Positions 60,338-64,000 of a DNA stretch of 64,000 nt are shown piece by piece. Made by a program: the position numbers and the translations under genes. Below the pieces are notes generated by a model that saw only the letters and a list, made by a program, of their open reading frames with translations, had not been told where the DNA came from and did not search any database. The stretch lies in assembly GCA_049320885.1 (NCBI GenBank), contig JBMORA010000001.1:306622-370621 (forward strand), written 5' to 3'. Position 1 is the first letter of the stretch. Each line of letters begins with the position of its first letter. This stretch comes from Thermodesulfobacteriota bacterium. GTDB taxonomy: Bacteria; Desulfobacterota; Desulfobacteria; Desulfobacterales; SURF-7.

Positions 60338-61024
60338 TTATAAATATTGGCTTGCCCAGAGAGCCGCCTGAAGACGATTTGGAACCTTAATTTTTTTATA
60401 TATATTATAGATATGCGTTTTAACGGTATGCAGACTAATACCCAGGTTCTGGGCGATCTCCTTATTTCCGGAGCCGGAAGCGATGCCGATCAGAATTTCT
60501 CTCTCCCGCAGGGTGAGCGCGCTGACCGCTGTTGCAGACAGTTTGGCAAAAGATTGTTTTTCCATGAGAAATTTAGATAAGGTCTTCCGCGAGTACCACA
60601 ACTCGCCTTTCAGGATATCCTTGACACCCTTTACATGAATGCTGATGGGATCACTTGCATAGAAAATTCCATGGAGCCCTTGTTCCACGGCCATCCGTTC
60701 GAGCCCTTCTTCTGGCATGACATTGAAAAGGGCCACGAGACATTCCTCCGATTTGCCGGATGGTTGGGCCGGGATAAAGCCGGACCAGGATTTCAAATCG
60801 CGACTATAAAAACAATCTAATAATATAATATGCTTATGTGCAGGATAGGCATTTATGGCGCTTGCCAGGTCCACCTCATTGCGATACAGACAAGGGAGAC
60901 CCAGTTTTTTTTCCAGATAGCGGGACAGCAACTCATTTTGAAGCCGGTTGGGGCCGATGACGTGAACGATTGCCGCCGCCGGTTTATCCGGGGATTTGTT
61001 TTCCTGGTGCATATCGCCCATCAT
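60338..61024 (-). CDS. LuxR-family regulator, CsgD/VpsT-like
   Basis: Degenerate receiver domain, GELWYSRK, LTLREREIL...TVKTHIYNIYKKI..NRLQAALWA. Confidence 0.88.
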   Translation of the reverse strand: MMGDMHQENKSPDKPAAAIVHVIGPNRLQNELLSRYLEKKLGLPCLYRNEVDLASAINAYPAHKHIILLDCFYSRDLKSWSGFIPAQPSGKSEECLVALFNVMPEEGLERMAVEQGLHGIFYASDPISIHVKGVKDILKGELWYSRKTLSKFLMEKQSFAKLSATAVSALTLREREILIGIASGSGNKEIAQNLGISLHTVKTHIYNIYKKIKVPNRLQAALWASQYL

Positions 61025-61344
61025 GAATGAGGGGAAATCCGGTAACGCCCGTCAAACAACACGGCCATCCCATCCGTTTCCGTACGAAGAACTTTACCCG
61101 TAATTGCGATTTGCGACCGGCGTCCCTGCAAACCGGCGATATTGTCCAGGTGAAGCCATAAAACCAGATCAACACAGGCACCTGCCTTCAATGGAGGCCT
61201 CCCATGAAAAAAAGCACCCCCTGCGCAGACATTGACGGTCATCAAATCAATTTGTTGTTTAACCCCATTGTCGCCGGCAAAAACGACCCGGGCCGGCATT
61301 TTCAAGACGAACCTCTCCAGGTTTCGTCTTTCCGTAATCGCCAT
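61021..61344 (-). CDS. PilZ-domain protein
   Basis: ERRNLERF, NVCAGG, GMAVLF; stop overlaps the LuxR gene start. Confidence 0.8.
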   Translation of the reverse strand: MAITERRNLERFVLKMPARVVFAGDNGVKQQIDLMTVNVCAGGAFFHGRPPLKAGACVDLVLWLHLDNIAGLQGRRSQIAITGKVLRTETDGMAVLFDGRYRISPHS

Positions 61345-61580
61345 ATCTTCCTTCTCCAGGGAATAACCAATGTTATTGGATTGACAAACGGTTTGCAGCG
61401 GCCGATGGCTCCTTCGTCTTTATGACCCAAAACCACTTCATTTTCAACTGTTTTAAAAACCGTTTTTCTTTTTTTTGCTATTGAAAAAAGAAGTGCTTCA
61501 GCCTAACAATAACACCAATAGGGAAAAGTGCTGCGGAGACATGCCGGTTCCGCGCCCATCATCCGGAGAGCGGGATAACG

Positions 61581-62234
61581 ATGAACCATGAAACCGATCC
61601 GCTGCTGCAGTATTTCCGGCAGCAGGCGGAAAAATTGTTCGCAGGCGCCAGCGGCAGTCACGATTGGGAACACACCTTGAGGGTTTACAGACTTTGCGAG
61701 CGCCTCGGGAAAACAGAAAAAGCGGATATGCTCGTCTTGAAAACCGCGGCCCTGCTTCATGATATCGGCCGGTGCCATCAAGACCGAGCCAACGGCGAAC
61801 TCTGTCATGCTGAAAAAGGAGCTCAAATGGCAGCCGAGTTGATCGCCAATGCCGATCTGTCCCCTGAACAGAAGCAGAACATTCTGCATTGTATTCGCAG
61901 CCATCGATTCCGCGGGGGTGAAGAGCCCCGCACCATGGAAGCGAAGCTCCTTTTCGACGCCGACAAACTAGACTCCATTGGCGCCGTGGGCGTTGCCAGG
62001 GCCTATCTGTTCGCCGGCGAAGTCGGCGCCATGTTGCACAATCCCGGCCATGATGTGAGCAACACCAAGGCTTATTCGAGAGAAGACACCGGCTTCCGGG
62101 AATTCAAGGTCAAGCTCCGCCATATCAAGGACCGGGTCATGACCAGGGAAGGGCGCCGGCTTGCACAGGAACGCCATGAGTTCATGACGGCCTTTTTCAA
62201 CCGCTTCATCGAAGAATATGAAGGTCAACGATAA
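61581..62234 (+). CDS. HD-domain phosphohydrolase
   Basis: HDWEHT, LLHDIG, HRF, DADKLD. Confidence 0.88.
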   Translation: MNHETDPLLQYFRQQAEKLFAGASGSHDWEHTLRVYRLCERLGKTEKADMLVLKTAALLHDIGRCHQDRANGELCHAEKGAQMAAELIANADLSPEQKQNILHCIRSHRFRGGEEPRTMEAKLLFDADKLDSIGAVGVARAYLFAGEVGAMLHNPGHDVSNTKAYSREDTGFREFKVKLRHIKDRVMTREGRRLAQERHEFMTAFFNRFIEEYEGQR

Positions 62235-62390
62235 AAAAGCGGAACCTTCCGATCCTTGCTTTGAGAGCAGCATTGATATATGCTGAATTAAGCAGCGGTA
62301 TCTGCAAAAAACGATACGCACTTGTTTCGGGAATCGAAGTATTCGATTCAGCGGATTGGGACCATCCACATAACAGAAACAGTCAGGCGA

Positions 62391-63122
62391 ATGCCCGAAC
62401 AGAAAAATGCCAAGCGGAAAAGGTTTTCGGCGGCTCCACTTCAGCGGAACTCATGCGAGCGCTGCGGAGTTTGTTGTCGCAAGGGTGGGCCGGCGCTGCA
62501 CGCGGGAGACGCCGACGGAATTCGCGACGGCCGAATCCTGCTGAAGTTTCTCTTCACCATCCGCAAGGGCGAACCGGTTTATGATAATATCCGTGGTCAG
62601 GTCCGCCCCGCCATGGATGACATCATCAAAATCAAATCCCGCCCAAACTCCAGCATCTGTATTTTTTATAATCTGGCATCCACCGGTTGCGGCATTTATC
62701 CCCATCGCCCGCTGGAATGCCGGCTGCTTACATGTTGGGATACGGAGGCTATTACAGAATGGTATCAAAAAGAACGACTGACACGGAAAGAACTGGTGGC
62801 GGAAATTAACGGGCTTTGGGAGCTGATATCGGCCCACCAGGAACGCTGTTCCTATGATCGATTGGCCCGGACTCTCGAGTCGAAAAAGGGAGCCGATCCC
62901 GGTTTTGGTGCGCAGGAAATTCTTGAAATGGTACACTATGACGAATATCTGCGGGAAGAGATTCCCAAGAAAAGCGGCATTGACACGGAAATCCTGGAGT
63001 TTCTGCTTGGACGTCCGATGCGCCAAACAGTCCGGATGTTTGGAATTCACGCTGACAAGGCGAACAGCGGAACCGAAATTTTCCCAGCGCCGAAGATCCT
63101 CAGGGGCACAGAACAGGTCTGA
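62391..63122 (+). CDS. YkgJ-family cysteine-cluster protein
   Basis: CERCGVCC, CIFY, CGIYPHRPLECR. Confidence 0.82.
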   Translation: MPEQKNAKRKRFSAAPLQRNSCERCGVCCRKGGPALHAGDADGIRDGRILLKFLFTIRKGEPVYDNIRGQVRPAMDDIIKIKSRPNSSICIFYNLASTGCGIYPHRPLECRLLTCWDTEAITEWYQKERLTRKELVAEINGLWELISAHQERCSYDRLARTLESKKGADPGFGAQEILEMVHYDEYLREEIPKKSGIDTEILEFLLGRPMRQTVRMFGIHADKANSGTEIFPAPKILRGTEQV

Positions 63123-63153
63123 TGTGAGGGTCGCTGATACTCATATCCGGAAA

Positions 63154-63870
63154 ATGACGGTCACTTTCGCTCTTTCCATTTTGATCACTTCTTGTTTTGT
63201 CATGGGACCGGCCGCATCCCTGGCCGCCCAGGATCCATTTGATTTTCCGGTGGATTCGGAAAAACTGAAGACCGGTGAGCCGCAGCTGTTTCAACGGGCG
63301 TACCCCCCCCAGGGCCACAACAAAAAAAAGCAGATCGCCGGAATCATCCTGATAAACGCCGGTCCGGACGATGTCTGGGAAGTGGCAACAGAATGGGACG
63401 AACTGGGCCGGTTCGTCCCGGATGTCGAATATTACAAAACCATCCTGGTTCTGGAGCCGGCAGGAAACGGCCGAATCGGCAAATCCTTCATCGAGGGCAA
63501 ATTGGATGTGCCGTTGTTCAATATCCAATACACCCTGGATGTCATGTTTGATCAGTCAGGACTGCGGCAGGAATGGCGCTTGATGACCCCGGAAGAAATC
63601 AATATTTACAATCTGATCGGCATCCAGCTCAAACGCTCCAGCAGCGGCATCGAAAGCATTGAGGGCGCATCCTGGATCCGCCCGGCGGATGGCGGACGGA
63701 AAGTGGTTTACATCTATCTTTCCACGGTGGAATACTCCATGATACTACCTGAATTTCTTGAAGAATACCTATCACGCAATGCCTTGGCGGGTTATCTGGA
63801 GGGGATCAAAAAACGCGTGGAATCCCAGGGTGTATATGTAAAACAGCCTTTCAGTCTTTTTGCTCCTTGA
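63154..63870 (+). CDS. Exported SRPBCC/START-domain protein
   Basis: Signal peptide, INAGPDDVWEVATEWDELGRFVP, YLEGIKKRVE; start codon uncertain. Confidence 0.65.
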   Translation: MTVTFALSILITSCFVMGPAASLAAQDPFDFPVDSEKLKTGEPQLFQRAYPPQGHNKKKQIAGIILINAGPDDVWEVATEWDELGRFVPDVEYYKTILVLEPAGNGRIGKSFIEGKLDVPLFNIQYTLDVMFDQSGLRQEWRLMTPEEINIYNLIGIQLKRSSSGIESIEGASWIRPADGGRKVVYIYLSTVEYSMILPEFLEEYLSRNALAGYLEGIKKRVESQGVYVKQPFSLFAP

Positions 63871-64000
63871 TTTCTTTCATTGGATCGCGCCCCCTTTCAA
63901 ACAACTCCGGACGGCGGTTTGGTAAAAAATAGCGCATGCGATGCCCCCGGATGTTTCTGAGTTCGTCCATGGAAAGATCGACTATCATCATGGCCTCACG

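Overview
GC-rich chromosomal segment, most likely from an anaerobic Desulfobacterota (Desulfobacterales-like) bacterium; taxonomy is inferred from gene content. No mobile elements, rRNA or CRISPR arrays were seen. The key locus is a divergent region at about 8470-9230. To its left lies an all-cysteine heterodisulfide-reductase operon (HdrD-like CCG protein, HdrA, MvhD, HdrL; HdrL runs off the left edge). To its right lie a UCA-anticodon tRNA with an 8/4 acceptor/T fold, a bulged T-stem and U73 (selC*-type tRNA-Cys mimicking tRNA-Sec), a divergent SelB (selB*) and a double-cubane reductase. Each divergent transcript starts with a homologous 8-codon leader (MHRFTGFT-UGA and MQTFFGFT-UGA). Each leader has an RBS, a SECIS-like hairpin 15 nt after the UGA (the same spacing as in this window's Sec-containing selD), and a downstream repeat of the hairpin 5' arm. 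This suggests a selenocysteine-sensing leader-peptide attenuator controlling a selenium-starvation backup locus; the mechanism is inferred, not shown. The rest of the window holds: a cysteine desulfurase, a rhodanese lipoprotein, a GH17/GT2 glucan synthase, two PBPs, SppA, a PatB-type lyase, a porin, a rhomboid, citrate synthase, selD(Sec)-yedF, a TetR-SCP2-ADH-AOR-ferredoxin-MoaD operon, RNase Z, a PagL-like protein, a tRNA nucleotidyltransferase, MetY, PFOR, HDOD/STAS, an SLT, a VpsT/CsgD-like regulator, three PilZ proteins, three Arg-rich miniproteins and a candidate anti-SD sRNA. All family calls come from motif recognition, not database searches.
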